From the NCBI RefSeq assembly GCF_009914755.1, contig NC_060947.1: a stretch of DNA of 64,000 nucleotides. The stretch is one strand, 5' to 3'. Source of the DNA: the human T2T-CHM13v2.0 reference genome, Homo sapiens. Positions 1-15,230 of the stretch are shown here, piece after piece (positions within the stretch are counted from its first letter, which is position 1; every line of letters starts with the position of its first letter). Position numbers and translations under genes: made by a program. The notes below the pieces were generated by a model, which was given only the letters and a program-made list of their open reading frames with translations, was not told the DNA's origin and did no database searches.

Positions 1-664
1 ATCAACAACCTCTCTTGAGGGACTTTGAACTACTCTTACTACTCATGGAAGGTGGAGTTGTTTCTGCTGTCTGCAGAAGTTTGTTTCTCCCTCAACTCTC
101 CTCTTCTGGGGGCTTGAGTTCTCACAAGCTCCTATTAGACCCTTAGAACAGTTAATACAAGAGTATCTTTTCCTAATGCCACCACTAGGATGCAGGAAGG
201 TGCTAGGGCCCCTGCCAGAACTCCCATAGGAGCTCAGCCCATGAGGGAGCACAACAAGTATGAGGGAATCTCTGGAATTGTAGTTGGTAATGGCGGGGAG
301 GTTCTTCATCTGCATTTCAAAATATCTTTTCCTAGAAATAGCATTGTGCTGAATAGCCTACCCTTGTAGAACTTGGGTGTATGATAGATTCACCAATCTA
401 GACCACAGCCAGAAATCAAGCAGTAAACAAATGGTTTCTAAGCCACTAGAAAATATGCATCTTACTTATTGGAAAAGCCGTTCAAAACCACACTCATTGC
501 CTGTTTATTCTGTTTGTACATAAGTCTTATTAGTTTTAACTAAATGTCAAGCCTATAGCAGATTATAAGCAGCAAATCTGAAAGGACTGGAAAAGATGTT
601 ACAGGTAGGTAAAGTGAAATCTGATAGTTGATGGCAAGACAAAAGATAAAATAACATTAAAAAG

Positions 665-1400
665 AAGTTTAAGCACTCAAAAACCAATCACAATGAAACA
701 GTACTTCACATCCACCAGAATGGTGGATTGATTAAAAATACTGACAGTACCAACCGTTGGTGAAGATGCAGAGCACTGGGACCCTTTATGTTGTTGGTGG
801 GCATTTAAAATGGTAGTCACTCTGGAAAATAGTTTGGCAGTTTCTTACAACAAATACCATATAACCCAGAGGTTCTACTCCTAGGTGTTTACCCAAGAAA
901 CATGAAAATATAGGTCTACACAAAGACTTGTACATGAATGTTAATATTAGCTTTATTTATAATAGCCCCAAACTAGGAAAAACCCAAATGTCTATCAATG
1001 GGAGAATTCATAGAAAAAATGTGATAGAGCCATACAGTGAAATACTGCTACTCAGCACTAAAAAGGAATGAACTAGTGATACATGCAACAACATGAATGA
1101 ATCTCACTGACAGTATGTTGAGTGAAAATTCATATTCATTCGTACATATGAAAAATTGTAATGGATGATTGTAATCTAGAACAGGAAAAATTAGCTATTG
1201 TGATAGAAATCAGAACAGTAGTTGTCTCAGGGTCAGGGGTACTGGAGAATGACTGAAGGGCACAAGAGAAAATTTTAGGGGGTGATGGAAATCTTGATTT
1301 GTCTTGAGTTTGGTGGTAGTTACAAAAGCGTGTATATTTATCAAATCTCTTCAACCCGTATGCTTAAAATTTGTGCATTTTATTGCATCTAAATTATATA
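665..1400 (+). mobile_element. Old L1M 3' fragment (ORF2 end and 3' UTR)
   Basis: Degenerate L1 3' motifs, e.g. ctactcctaggtgtttacccaagaaacatgaaa and aaaaggaatgaactagtgatacatgcaacaacatgaatgaatctc. Confidence 0.8.
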
Positions 1401-1469
1401 TCAAATTTTTATAAAGTACAAAAATTTCAAAAGGGAAAAAATCCTTCAGAAGATCCCCCTGCTGCAGGA

Positions 1470-1820
1470 TCTAAGTCTAAATTCCTCAACATGATCTGGC
1501 TCTTACTTAATACTCCTTGGCTTATTTCTCACCATTCCCTCTCACCTCCTACCACTTATTCTAAGCTACTTATAGTTCCAAAAGTTGTTATTCTTTCTTT
1601 TTCCTCTGAACCTTTAAGCACAGCACTCCTTTTTCCTGGAATTCCTTTTCCATTTTCCATTTATCACTAAATCATTGACATCCTTTAGGACTCACAGAAG
1701 TAGCACACCTCCTCCAAGACGACTTGTTCACTTTCAGGTTGTGTTAGGTGCTTCCCCTCTTGCTCCCAGAGAACTTGAAGCTCCTCTCCATCAAAGCATG
1801 TATTGCTCTATAATGTAATT
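1470..1820 (+). mobile_element. L2 fragment
   Basis: L2-like pyrimidine-rich motifs (aagtctaaattcctc, tcctttaggactca...cacctcctcc); highly diverged. Confidence 0.5.
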
Positions 1821-2014
1821 GTAATAATTAAAAAACCCTCAAACCCATAGTGGACTGAGGTCATTTAATGTACAGGCAAATAGTCCTCCACATATTCAGT
1901 AAGCCCTGAATTAAATCACATATTATAAACTAATTTCTTTTTTATTGCATTATACTAGGCCCTATCATATACTTTAATATTCATAAACACTGAAGTAAAT
2001 ATTGCTATTACGGG

Positions 2015-2377
2015 GTTTTTTTAGTTTTTAAGTTCACAGGTACATGTGCAGAATGTACAAGTTTGTTACATACATAACTGTGTATCCTGGGCGTTTGTTA
2101 TACAAATTATTTCATCACCCAGGTATTAAGCCTAGTATCCATTTGTTATTTTTCCTGATCCTCTCCATCCTCCCACCTTCCACCCTCCAATAGGCTCCAG
2201 TGTGTGTTGTCCCCACCATGTGTCCATGTGTTCCCATCATTTAGCTCCCACTTACAAGTGAAAACATACCATATTTGGTTTTCTGTTCCTGCATTAGTTT
2301 GCTAAGGATAATGGCCTCCAGCTCCATCTATGTCACTGCAAAGGACATGATCTCGTTCTTTTTTAATGGCTGCATAG
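2015..2377 (-). mobile_element. L1PA (older primate) 3' UTR fragment
   Basis: Reverse-strand L1PA 3' end (ggtacatgtgcagaatgtacaagtttgttacata...aaggacatgatctcgttctt). ctgaagtaa occurs near both ends, a possible TSD. Confidence 0.85.
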
Positions 2378-2630
2378 CTGAAGTAAGTTTCAGCACTCAA
2401 AGTTATCAAGAAAACTCTTCTATCCAGGATGACTTGTAGAGTTGCAAATGATTGAGATTTTATTGTAAACAGCAGTTTAGTTTTATACTATTATTAGTAC
2501 TTAGCTTATTTATATTGTGAGTTAAGTAACTTTCTGTGGGCTTATCAGGAGAACTAGCCAAACTTTATTATGTTGATTGTATGAGAAAATGCATTTTTAC
2601 ATTCCAATCAAGTGACTCAAAAATACTACT

Positions 2631-2691
2631 CAGTTGAACCATGTGAAATTGTTGATTGATATTCAACCATTTTTGACAAAAATGGCAGTTT
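2631..2691. mobile_element. MADE2-like mariner-derived MITE remnant
   Basis: gttgaaccatgtgaaattg...tttttgacaaaaatggcagttt resembles the MADE2 consensus as I recall it; the right TIR is incomplete. Confidence 0.55.
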
Positions 2692-3029
2692 ATTTTGAAA
2701 TGCAGTCCTGTTGACAAGATGGAAATTACCTACACATTGATTTATTAATTTTATATTTAATACATTCATGTATCCTTCAAGATGCTAATCCTACACCTTA
2801 AGGATATTGGGTAAATCACAGAATTTTGAAGAAAATTTGTGTAGAATATTGGGGCTTTCTTGGGTCCAACCCATTTTTTTTCCACTTAATCAGAGATGGA
2901 GCAGACATGAGGACTCTGGAATTTTTTATTTTTTGAACTGATAATAGAATGAAAATGCAGATTCATTTGTTCTATTTTAGGCCCCAAATTAACCATTCTA
3001 TTTTGAAGATTAAGTTTAATAATAATAGT

Positions 3030-3225
3030 AATAGCAAACATTTATTAAGTGCATGCTACATGCTAAGTACTGTTCTAACTCTGCAACTGTTTTATCTGCA
3101 AAGTACTATTATTATCCCTACTTACTGATGAGGAAACTAAAGTTTAAGTAACTTGTTCCAGGTTATACAGCTAGTAAGTGGCAGAGTTGGCATTAGAATC
3201 ACTCAGTCCTACTACCGTGTTTACT
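3030..3225 (-). mobile_element. MIR SINE
   Basis: MIR core: attattatccctacttactgatgaggaaactaaag...aagtaacttgttccaggttatacagctagtaagtggcagag. Confidence 0.8.
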
Positions 3226-3557
3226 GTTTACCTCAAGCACATGGTTTTACCACAGTAAAGCACTCATGCTAAAAGATTATGATTCAATTCAGCAAATATA
3301 TATTTAAGCTATGATTATTAGTGAAGCCAGACCCATTCACATATGAAACATATTGTATTATTATCAGAGACCATTATAAGACAGTAGAGGACCAGGTACC
3401 AAAATTAGTCTTATAGACCACAAGTGCTATAGGAATCTCAGAAGAGGAGAAAATAATTGTGTACTTTGTCATGACTAACTCCCAGAAGAGCATTGACAAA
3501 TAGTACCTCAGTATTGGATGCACAGCATTTTGGGAACAAACCAAAATTACATCATAA

Positions 3558-4043
<486 letters not shown>

Positions 4044-4374
4044 TGAGTGAGCATCCTCAGTATGTGTGGGAAGTTAGAAATTTGTGGCTAGGCTCTCTGA
4101 ATCCCAGAAATATATGAAGAAATGGGACCTGATGGATTATTTATTAGATATTCAGGGTGGAAGAAATGGGATTCAGAAATTAACCAAAATGTCATGCCTA
4201 CATGATTGGAATAATAATGGTATCAAAAATAAAATGGTTTGTACAGTGGAGGGGAAGATGGGCTCAGGCTTTAGACACATCAAACTTAAGGTACAGGTAG
4301 ACTGTCTATGGAAAGCTGGTTTTTTATGTTGGCTATGACTGAGTGGGGTCAACCTTTGACTAATGTACTTGTAA

Positions 4375-4521
<147 letters not shown>

Positions 4522-4566
4522 TGAATTATTTGTTAGTAAAAGTATCCTTTTAAGAACTACCTTCTT

Positions 4567-4882
<316 letters not shown>

Positions 4883-7059
4883 TCATCATCTTATATACTG
4901 TCCACCACAGACCCAAGGTCATAGACTATTTCTGCAGCCTAACCTACCAATCAGTCCTTTAACATAGAACTAACTATACAAGGATCCTCCCTCCTCCAAC
5001 TCCAGATACCTTCAGTCCTTTCTCAGTATGTCTGAGAGCCATGATAGCATTTGTATCTCTCAAAATCACCCTCTATAAGGGCCTCATCTCTCCCGGAGAT
5101 GTCCCACACCTATTAAGGTCAACAGGAGGATTTGGTTCTATTCTTGGAATTGACAGTGTTGTACCCTGCTAGCACTTACATGATGTGTTAATTCCAATGA
5201 TAATTTTATCAATGTTGGTATCCACTACCAGGCCCAAATCTGAACTAGACCTTCTAGAACTAGTTTGTAAGTTTCTTGTGGGCAGAGATTTCATTTCTCT
5301 TTGTATAAGCCTAGAATCTAGCCTACTATCTGGAACATTGTTGGTGATTGTTATGTAAGTTGATGATGTTGACTGCCCCTTCAGCTAGGCAGTGATGTAT
5401 CAATGGAAACCATCCCTGTTCTGGGTGTAATAGCTTTGAGTTAACTAGCAATGCATTCTGTGGGGCATAACAAAATGTTGAGCTAGCTCCTGGGCAGGGT
5501 CTTTGAATTGCTCTGATATTTCAGCATCACTCTGTCAATTGACATAATGCTACCCCTTTGGGCACAGGGGTTTGTAGAATACATAGCTCTGGGCTGCTGC
5601 AAAGGCATCTGGATTCAAAGACAGCATGTGTCTGGCTACATCTGCCAATAATATGTGTCTGGAGGGTTACAAAGCAATATGACTTTATACAGATGAAAAT
5701 GAAAATTTTAAACTGACATTTGTTGATGTGAGTAAGGGCCACTGATGGAAGCAGTTTTAGAGGGCGGAAGCTATTAAAGAGATGGAGCCAGGACTTTGTC
5801 AGTAGGGGCAATAAGAAGTATAACTGGCTGAAATCTGAGAAAGAGCTCAGAACAAGGACCCCATAATAATACCAAAAAAAAAAAAAAAGAGCCAGAGCAG
5901 TAAGATAGGGTTTTCTAGTCAGTGGAGGTGGCAGCAGCATTGAGCCTTTGAATGGAGAACTGGACCAGTGGGGCCATTCTCTAGAGAAGTCATTTTGCAT
6001 ACAATTGATGACCAATTCAAGCCTAAGAAATGCAGTCCATGTAGTAAAAGTTACCCATTATTCACCTACTACTTGTAGCCAGTTTCCCAGAAGTCTTCTG
6101 GCTATGTGGAAGCAGGGAGCTAAGAAGCATGGACCCTTTCCTCTCCTAATCATCTCACCCTCTGATACATGTAAGTCTCTCCACCTTCAGCTTTTCCCCT
6201 GAGGCTACTCCCACAACCATCAAACTTTTCATAATCCCTGGTTGCAAAGGAAGAGAGGAGACAGGTGGTAAGAGCAATATCACCTTCTATAGTGGGCGTG
6301 GTCTTCCCTCCCTCTCTGAGTGGTAAGTCTAATGGCTTCTAAGGTTTACCTCTTCATCTAACCTCCCAAGTTTTCTCTTAAAGAAAATAATTTCCTCCTT
6401 TCCCTAAAACTACTTTATCCAAATTCAGCTACCAACGTCTCTGATACCGATCTTCCTTAGAATGTTTATTCTGTCCTAATACAAAACAGTTTTCTCTCTG
6501 GTCAAGGTCAAAGCCTCTCATTAATTTTTAGCACTTCTTATATACTTCCCTCCTGATCTGATACTCTAGTCAGTCACTAGACTCTAGTCTCTTGGTGCCA
6601 ATGCCAAGTTTCTCATGCAGTCCAGGCATTTTTCTTTAATCAGTATAGCTTGGAGGAATCCAAGAGTCCCTTAGAGTTAGGAGTATAGAATGCCTGGGGG
6701 TCCTTGAATTTTATTAGATTTCCAACTTTTCACCTGGTGGTCTGTAGAACCATTTCTTTAGATGTGGCAGATGCTCCAATGAGTTAAAGAGTGGTAAGTC
6801 AATCCAAATCTCCTTTTCCTTTGAACCATTCTTGTTACTCTGATGAGCGTATACTATATTTATTCAATACACTCATCAAATATTTACTAAGTAAATACAG
6901 CAGTTTATATAGTACTTGAATAAACATTCAATAAGGATTTTTTTTAATATTCCCACTGCCTAGAAACAGACTTGGCACCTAGTAGACCCTCAATAAATAT
7001 GTCCTGTTGCCCTCAAAGTGATTTACTTCCAGCATAAAGAGGCAGACAATAAATAAAGT

Positions 7060-7860
7060 TGGTTAAATTTGATAAGTGGTATGAAGAAAAATATAGCTGA
7101 GCAACAGGGAGAGAGAGTGATGGGGTATGCTGTAAGATGATCAAGGAAGGTATCTCTGATAAGGGAACATTTGGGAAGAGACCTGAATGAAATGAAGTAA
7201 GAGCTATGCAAATGTCTGGGGAAAAAAGAAGCAGAAAATTCAAAGGCTCTGAAGCAGAAGAATGTTTGGTATGTTCCAGAAAGATCAGTGTGGCTGGGAG
7301 CAGAGTAAGAAGAGGAAGAGGGAAGGAGATGAGTTAAGAAAGCAAAATCCAATCTAGAGCCTTGTTGGCCAAGGTAAGGACTCTGGCTTTTATTCTGCAT
7401 GAAATGGAGGACTACTGGAGGATTTTGAGCAGAGGAATGACAGGATCTGATGTATGTTTTAACAGCATTCCTCTGGCTGCTGTATTGAAAATAGGTGCAG
7501 GAAGAAAGGATACAAGCAGGAAGAATCTTTAGGAGAGTATTACAATAATCCAGGCAAGAGATGATGGTGGCTTAGACCAGGATGGAAGCAGTGTGGGTGG
7601 GGAGAAGTGGTCAGATTTTAGAGAGATTTTGAAGGAATGGCTGAAGGATTTTTCAGATTGATTAGATAAGGGATATGACAGACAGAGAAGAGGCATCAGT
7701 GACCCCAGGGTTTTGGACTTCAGGAACTAAACAGGTAGAATTGCCATTTCTGAGATGAGGAAGCAAAGGAGAGAAGCAGTGTAGAGGAATATGGGGAAAG
7801 AGTTTAGTTAGGCTTGTTAAATTTGAGGTAGCTATTAAACAGCCAAGTGGATATATAAGT
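7060..7860 (-). mobile_element. L2 fragment
   Basis: Typical reverse L2 motifs (ggaggattttgagcagaggaatgacaggatctga, ataatccaggcaagagatgatggtggcttagaccagg). Confidence 0.85.
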
Positions 7861-8145
7861 CTACACTAAACATCACTGTGTATCATGAAAATAAGATGAC
7901 TCTCTTTTGTACAAAGGACTTGTCATTGAAGAAGTGAGTCAGTCTGGAAACTGCTCTGAACAGAATAAGAGGTAGGATGGGATAGGTAAATCATAGTGGG
8001 GTGAGTTATGGCCAAAAAAAAAATCTTATCAGGTGTTGATTATAAATTCACAAATTACTTGATATGTTATAATAAAAATTTAGCTATCTAAGCTCAGGTT
8101 TGCCTCACAAGTGTCAAAGAACAAGTCATTTACCTTGAAGAGTTA

Positions 8146-8410
<265 letters not shown>

Positions 8411-8453
8411 AAGTCTAGACCCTACTTCATTTGTTTGGTCATTCATCATTTAA

Positions 8454-8639
<186 letters not shown>

Positions 8640-8739
8640 TAGGAACTATAGATATTAAGCTTAATGATCTCCACAAATCCCTGTGAGAGAAAAAAATTTT
8701 TATAAACAGTTCATTAACTCTTGGAAACGGAAGGGATGT

Positions 8740-8900
8740 AGTGATCCTTAGGAGCTGCATAGGTTCACCAAGAACAAATCAGGCTGCAGAAGCCTATTTT
8801 CCTGTTTTCATCAGACTATTAAACTAGTTGATTAGAGGCATAGCATACACATAGTCTATCTTGCCTTTTAAAAAGAAAGTCAGTGGCAATATCCAGGGTA
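8740..8900 (+). mobile_element. L3/CR1 fragment
   Basis: gcataggttcaccaagaacaaatc...catagtctatct resembles the CR1 RT region; very diverged. Confidence 0.45.
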
Positions 8901-9569
8901 TATACAATCTTTCTGACTCACCATTCAAGAATGACTAGGTTCATCTCAGTTTCTCCATTCAAATTACTTTATAAATGAAAGCATTGGCTAGCTAAGCAGG
9001 AGTCTCAAACACATGGTTAGTTTCAACTCTTAGAAAAGAAGTGAATTTCGTTTTCTTTACTACATTTCTTCCTTGAATTCACTGACTTGAGTTGGCCAGA
9101 AGTATTTCAGATCGTTTAAGTTTATTCGTACTAATTATGTGAGGCCTTTGGTTGTTGTTCTTCTTCAAAGAAAGTATGATACCTTCACTGTGGGTGTTGA
9201 GTCACAACAGTTCTAGAAATCTGTGCCAGGATTTCTTGCTGTGTCTTATCTTTGTGATGTGTTTCTGAAGTAATAATAGCTCCAGGTGGCTTGTTTGGTC
9301 ATCTCTTGCACAGCACTCCAGAAATCCACAGAACTTTATTTTCTAGTTAGAATGAAATGTAGAATGTATTTGGGAGGTCATGAGGCCTTAGAATCAGGTA
9401 AAATGAATCCAGAATTCCCAAGGAGGTAGTTTCCATATTTCACAAATATTATTGTAAAAACATCTGTTCTCTTCCGATAGGAGCATTTTCAGGAGTTAAT
9501 AAAAATCTTAATATCTCTCCACACCTGCCTGCCTTCCATGTTTCCATCCTGGTAAGAGAATAAAATTGC

Positions 9570-10082
<513 letters not shown>

Positions 10083-12254
10083 TACAAAAATACTTCAAAA
10101 ATTATTAAGTGCTATTACTATGCTCTCTCTGGAAAATGAACACACTAGTATGGTGTGCCAGGCATTTGGGGCATTCACATTCCCTAATTTATGGACAACA
10201 ATTATAATTTCTTCAGAAATGCTCTCTATCAGCCAAATTGCCCATTTTTGTTCTCACTCATGCTATCCAAGCCCATAGGAAGAAGACTCCAAGCCTCACA
10301 CTATGGCCTACCTCATCACAGCAAATGATCACATCTGCACATTGCTCTGTGGCACTATCTCACTCTGGCTGGCTGGCTGTATATATGTATCCCTTTTTGT
10401 TAGTATTTCAGAAATTTCTCTTCCTTGTAGTTTACTTTTGGACATATCAAAAAACTTAGTATTCTTTTCTACTATTATAAAAGAGTAGAGGGAAAAACAA
10501 GATTGAAATATATCCTTTGTACTTCAATTTTTAAAAATAATAATGGAATGGGGCATAGCTACTATTAAATTGATACAGATGAACATGAGAGTCTATGATG
10601 TCAAAGAAAACAGACTTTCTGCCCGTACAAATGTTAGCTAGAATTAAGAATTGCCCTCATTTTAGTACTGCTCTTGTATTTATTGCTTTCAGTGAGCCAT
10701 CACTGTGGATTATCAAATGAGAGAGTAAAATCATTTTGAGAGCGATAGAGTTTCAGGGGCTTGTTCACAAGACAAAAGTAAAGCTTTTGAAGGCTCACCA
10801 TGTGTGTGGACTCGAAGAGGATTGTTGATTTCACATGTAGAATCCCCAAGGTTGCCTGCTGGTAGTGGGTGCCAACAGCTTAAGTGCCCACAGCAGAACA
10901 CTCTGGAGAGTGGCTTTGTATCAAATAAGACATTAAGTAAGCTAAAATATCTAGCTTGCTCATACTCCAAAATATCCTTTAAAACTGTATTTTCATTGAT
11001 GGAACTAGCCCTGCAGTAAATGATCTCAACAGGCCATCACCACTAACACTTGGTTAACAAGCATTTTTAGAATACCAACTGCTTGTAAGACGTTGTACCA
11101 GGTTCTGTAATTGGTATAGCTACCAAACTCCTGTACTTAGTATGTAAGGCCTAAATTGAATTGGGTATAGAGGTTAAAGATTAAGATGCTTAAAATATTT
11201 ATGGGATTTTTTAAATTACAAAAATGATACATATATTATAACAAATATGAGCAATACAGAATCAGGAAAGGTATAATGTGAACATGCCCTCCCCACCCAC
11301 TGCCCCGCTACAATACTGCTTATAAAGTTAAGACATCTTTGAGGAATATCTCACTTGCCTAAAGGAAGTCATAGGCCCACCTGACCTGATGTTCTCTAAA
11401 GGTCCTTCCTGTCTACTCAGTCTCTCTAAAGTTCCTTCTAGTTATTTTTTTCTCAATATTAGGGAAATTGGTGAACTCTAAGCCAGGAGATCTAGATTCT
11501 AATTCCAGCTCTGCCATTAGTAGTTATAGTAGCAGGATGACCTTAGGAAAGTCTTACTTCACTTCTCTGATCTTAGTCTCTTCTAAAGGGTTAAACTAGA
11601 ATCAGTGATTCTCAACTGGATTGTAAGAGATCCAAAAGCATATAAGGAGTTTTTTTTTGAAGCATGCATACTCCTGGGAATTCTGACCACTCTACACCCC
11701 ATTAAGAAAACTATACTGAGGAAGGTACTATTACTGATGAGAGCATATCATATCCTTCAGATGTATTAGGATAAGAAAAGATGTTGAACTACTAGAATAG
11801 ATGGTTGAATTGTTTCCTTCCAACTCTGATATAACTTGTTACTAACTATTCCTGACTTCTATAATATAATGATAATAGCTAGGCTAGTTTTAGCCAATCA
11901 GATGATGTCTATGTCTAGATGATTAAATACTAAGGGTTTCAATTTGGATGGTCAGTGAGCCTTTTCATTAGCATCCCTGAGAACGCTCAATAAGGATTAA
12001 GTGCATGCAAATGGTTTCATGAAGTGAAGGCTAAGAAGGTTAATCTGTTGGCTGAGTGGTGAACTGCTAGCTCACTTCTGTATGGCTCCTCAAAATATCA
12101 CAGGCAGATATAGATGTGCGGTCAGAAGGCACCTGTTGGCTCTGTAGTGTATTACTTACACAACCCTGCCTTACCCTAGATTCTACTCCTTGACCTGTAG
12201 GGCCTCTTCAGTCTCAAAGATAAGGAACTACTACAGCTTCCTTTTTTAAAAAAC

Positions 12255-12770
12255 TCATTCATTCAGTAAATGTTTATTAAGTACCAAACTAGTTGTTAAA
12301 TCAATGTTTATTGATCACCCTTCCAGACACTAAGGGCACAGTAGTGAACAAGATAAGACCCTACCCTAATCAAACTCACTGTGGATGATTTCAATACAGT
12401 GTAGTGACCATATAATGGGGTAAGCACAGGGTGCTATGGGACACACTGGCACCTGATCTAGACTTGGGAGGACAGGGAATGTCTCCTAATAAGTGTAACA
12501 TCTGAGCTGCAAACTGATGGATGCTATAGTTAGCCAAATGAAGATTTGAGGGAAGTGTGCACCAGGCAGAGAGAATATACATGTTGGAAGGCTTAGAGTA
12601 AAGAGGGAGCATGGCTCATTTAAGGAACTAAAAGAAGTTTGTAAGGGTGTAGGATAAAGATCTAAAGTGAAAATGATCATAAATGAGCTGGCCAAGAGGG
12701 GTCAAATCACGCAGGGCTTTGGAATCCATTTTATGGAATTTAGAAACTATCCTAAAGGCAATGGGGAAGT
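12255..12770 (-). mobile_element. L2 3' fragment
   Basis: Begins cattcattcagtaaatgtttattaagtacc (reverse L2 3' end), followed by a typical body. Confidence 0.75.
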
Positions 12771-13115
12771 ACAGGATCAATGTCAAGAATAGATTATATG
12801 GCAAATATCTTCAAATGCTAAACACACATACTGTAATCCAGCAATTCCACTTCTATTTATAGATATACTAACATACTGGAAATCATTTATCAATGAAGAT
12901 ATTCTTTGCTGTACTATTTATAATAGCAGAGAATTAGAAATACATGTCCATTATTTAGGAACTCATTAAATATGATAAATCTGTAACTGGTCATCATGGT
13001 TGCTCTGAGGAAGAAAACTGAGTGTTTGGGGCTGAGGTGAGGAGGGAGTTGACTAGTTGAACATGTGCATGTTCTACCAGTTTAAAATAAACAGATAAAA
13101 TTTAATTTTAAAAAT

Positions 13116-13420
13116 AGTCTGGACACGGTGGCTTACGCCTGTAATCCCAGCACTTTGGGAGGCCAAGGTGAGAAGATGGCTTGAGGCCAGGAGTTTGAAA
13201 CCAGTCTGGACAACATAGTGAGACTGCATCTCTACAAAAATTTTTTTTATTAGCGAATTGTGGTGGCATGCACCTGTAGTCCCAGCTACATGGGAGGCTA
13301 AGGTGGGAGGATTGCTTGAGCCTAGGAGTTCAAGGCTGCAGTGAGCTATGATTGAGCCTCTGCTCTCCAGCCTGGGTGACAGTACAAGACCGTTTCTCAA
13401 AAAAATAAAAATAAATAAAA
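13116..13420 (+). mobile_element. AluJ
   Basis: AluJ diagnostics (ggaggattgcttgagcc, aggctgcagtgagctatgat). Confidence 0.92.
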
Positions 13421-13649
13421 TGGTCATGATATGCCATTTTCTACTCATTACCTAAATACATTAGCAACAATTTCATAATACATTAACATCCTATTATAAT
13501 TAGGGGTGGAAAAACTCATATATTGCTGGAAAGAATGTAAATTGTTATAACCATTTTGGATTTTAATCTCTCTGGTAAAGTTAAACATTAGGATACCTGT
13601 GATCCAGCATTCACTGTCTTGGGAATCTAGCCTACAAAAATAAGAATTC

Positions 13650-13938
<289 letters not shown>

Positions 13939-14559
13939 AAAATGAGAATTCTAGTATATAGGTCATACATAAAAGGATATTTATTATATCACTGTTTTGT
14001 TGCCAAAAGGAGGGATAACTCTAATATCTATGAATAAGAAAATGGTAAAATAAACTACGACATAGACATACTATTGAATATTATGTATATTATTATTCAG
14101 TGTAATAATAATGGTAATATTATTACTATTAAAAGGAATGAGTTCTATGTAGTTCTGTGTAATGGTCTGAAGTAGCCATGTTCTATTGCTAGGTTTAAAA
14201 ATGCAAGTTTTAGAGTAATGTGTATAATATGATCCCATTTTCATAGAGAAAGATTTTAACATATATTTTTTATTTTATATGTAAACATATATAAAATATT
14301 TTATAAATATTATAGGTGTGTGTGTGTATATATATATATATAAACATAGGAACAGATGTGGGAAAGGGAAGCATCAGTGAATATCGATTACCTTGGGTGG
14401 AAGAGGGTTGGATGGGAAGGGAATAACTATTAAATGGTTCTTTATGTAGTTCTATATGTTTGATTTGTTACAATAACATGTGTAACTGTAATTTATAAGA
14501 ATATAAAAAGTGGTTAAAGTGGATAGAAAATAATGGACGTGAGAGGGCATAATGAAGAC

Positions 14560-14920
14560 AAAGAAGGGAGGAGATTGCTGTAATGATACACAAAAGGAAT
14601 GACAGTGGCTGAATTAAAGTAACAGCAATAAAGACAGAAGTAGATAGATTTGAGTTCCTAGGTAGAAAAAATAGGACTTGGTGATTTGATTGAAGGGAGA
14701 AAAAGAAGAGTCAAGGAAGCCACCCAGGTTTCTGGCAAGGTACTATACTAGTCACTGATATAATGATCGGGGAAGAAGATGTGTGGTTTTGGACAGGTTG
14801 AGTTTCAGGTACCAGTGGGAAATTCAAGGAGGAGAAACCTGTAAGCAGTCCAAGATATGCATCTGAAGCTCAAGAGAGATAGCTGGTCTGAAAATATAGA
14901 TATGGAGATAATTAGCTACA
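14560..14920 (-). mobile_element. L2 fragment
   Basis: ggacttggtgatttgattg...gagtcaaggaagccacccaggtttctggc...ttttggacaggttgagttt. Confidence 0.7.
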
Positions 14921-15230
14921 TTAGGACTCTCTCAGTTACAAGTGACAGATAGCTGGCCTAAATTGGCTTAAGATTTTAGAAAAGAAGGAGGGGGAGGATT
15001 TATTGCCTCATTTAACTGCAAAGTCCTTCATGAAGCTGGCTTAAAACATGGCTTAACCTTAGGGCTTAAATGATATCATCAGGACTTTCTCCGCTCTGCT
15101 TTCCTTTGTATTGGCCTCATTCTTCATGTAGGTTCTCACTATGAGGTGACAAAAATAGCTACTAGAAGCTCTAGACTTACATCTTACCAATTCAACAAGC
15201 CCAGTGGAAAGAGGATGCCTTATTCAGTAA
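14921..15230. mobile_element. MLT1-type MaLR LTR fragment
   Basis: ttaggactctctcagttacaagtgacaga...ggcttaag...gatttattgcctcatttaactgcaaagtcc is typical of old MLT1 LTRs. Confidence 0.65.
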
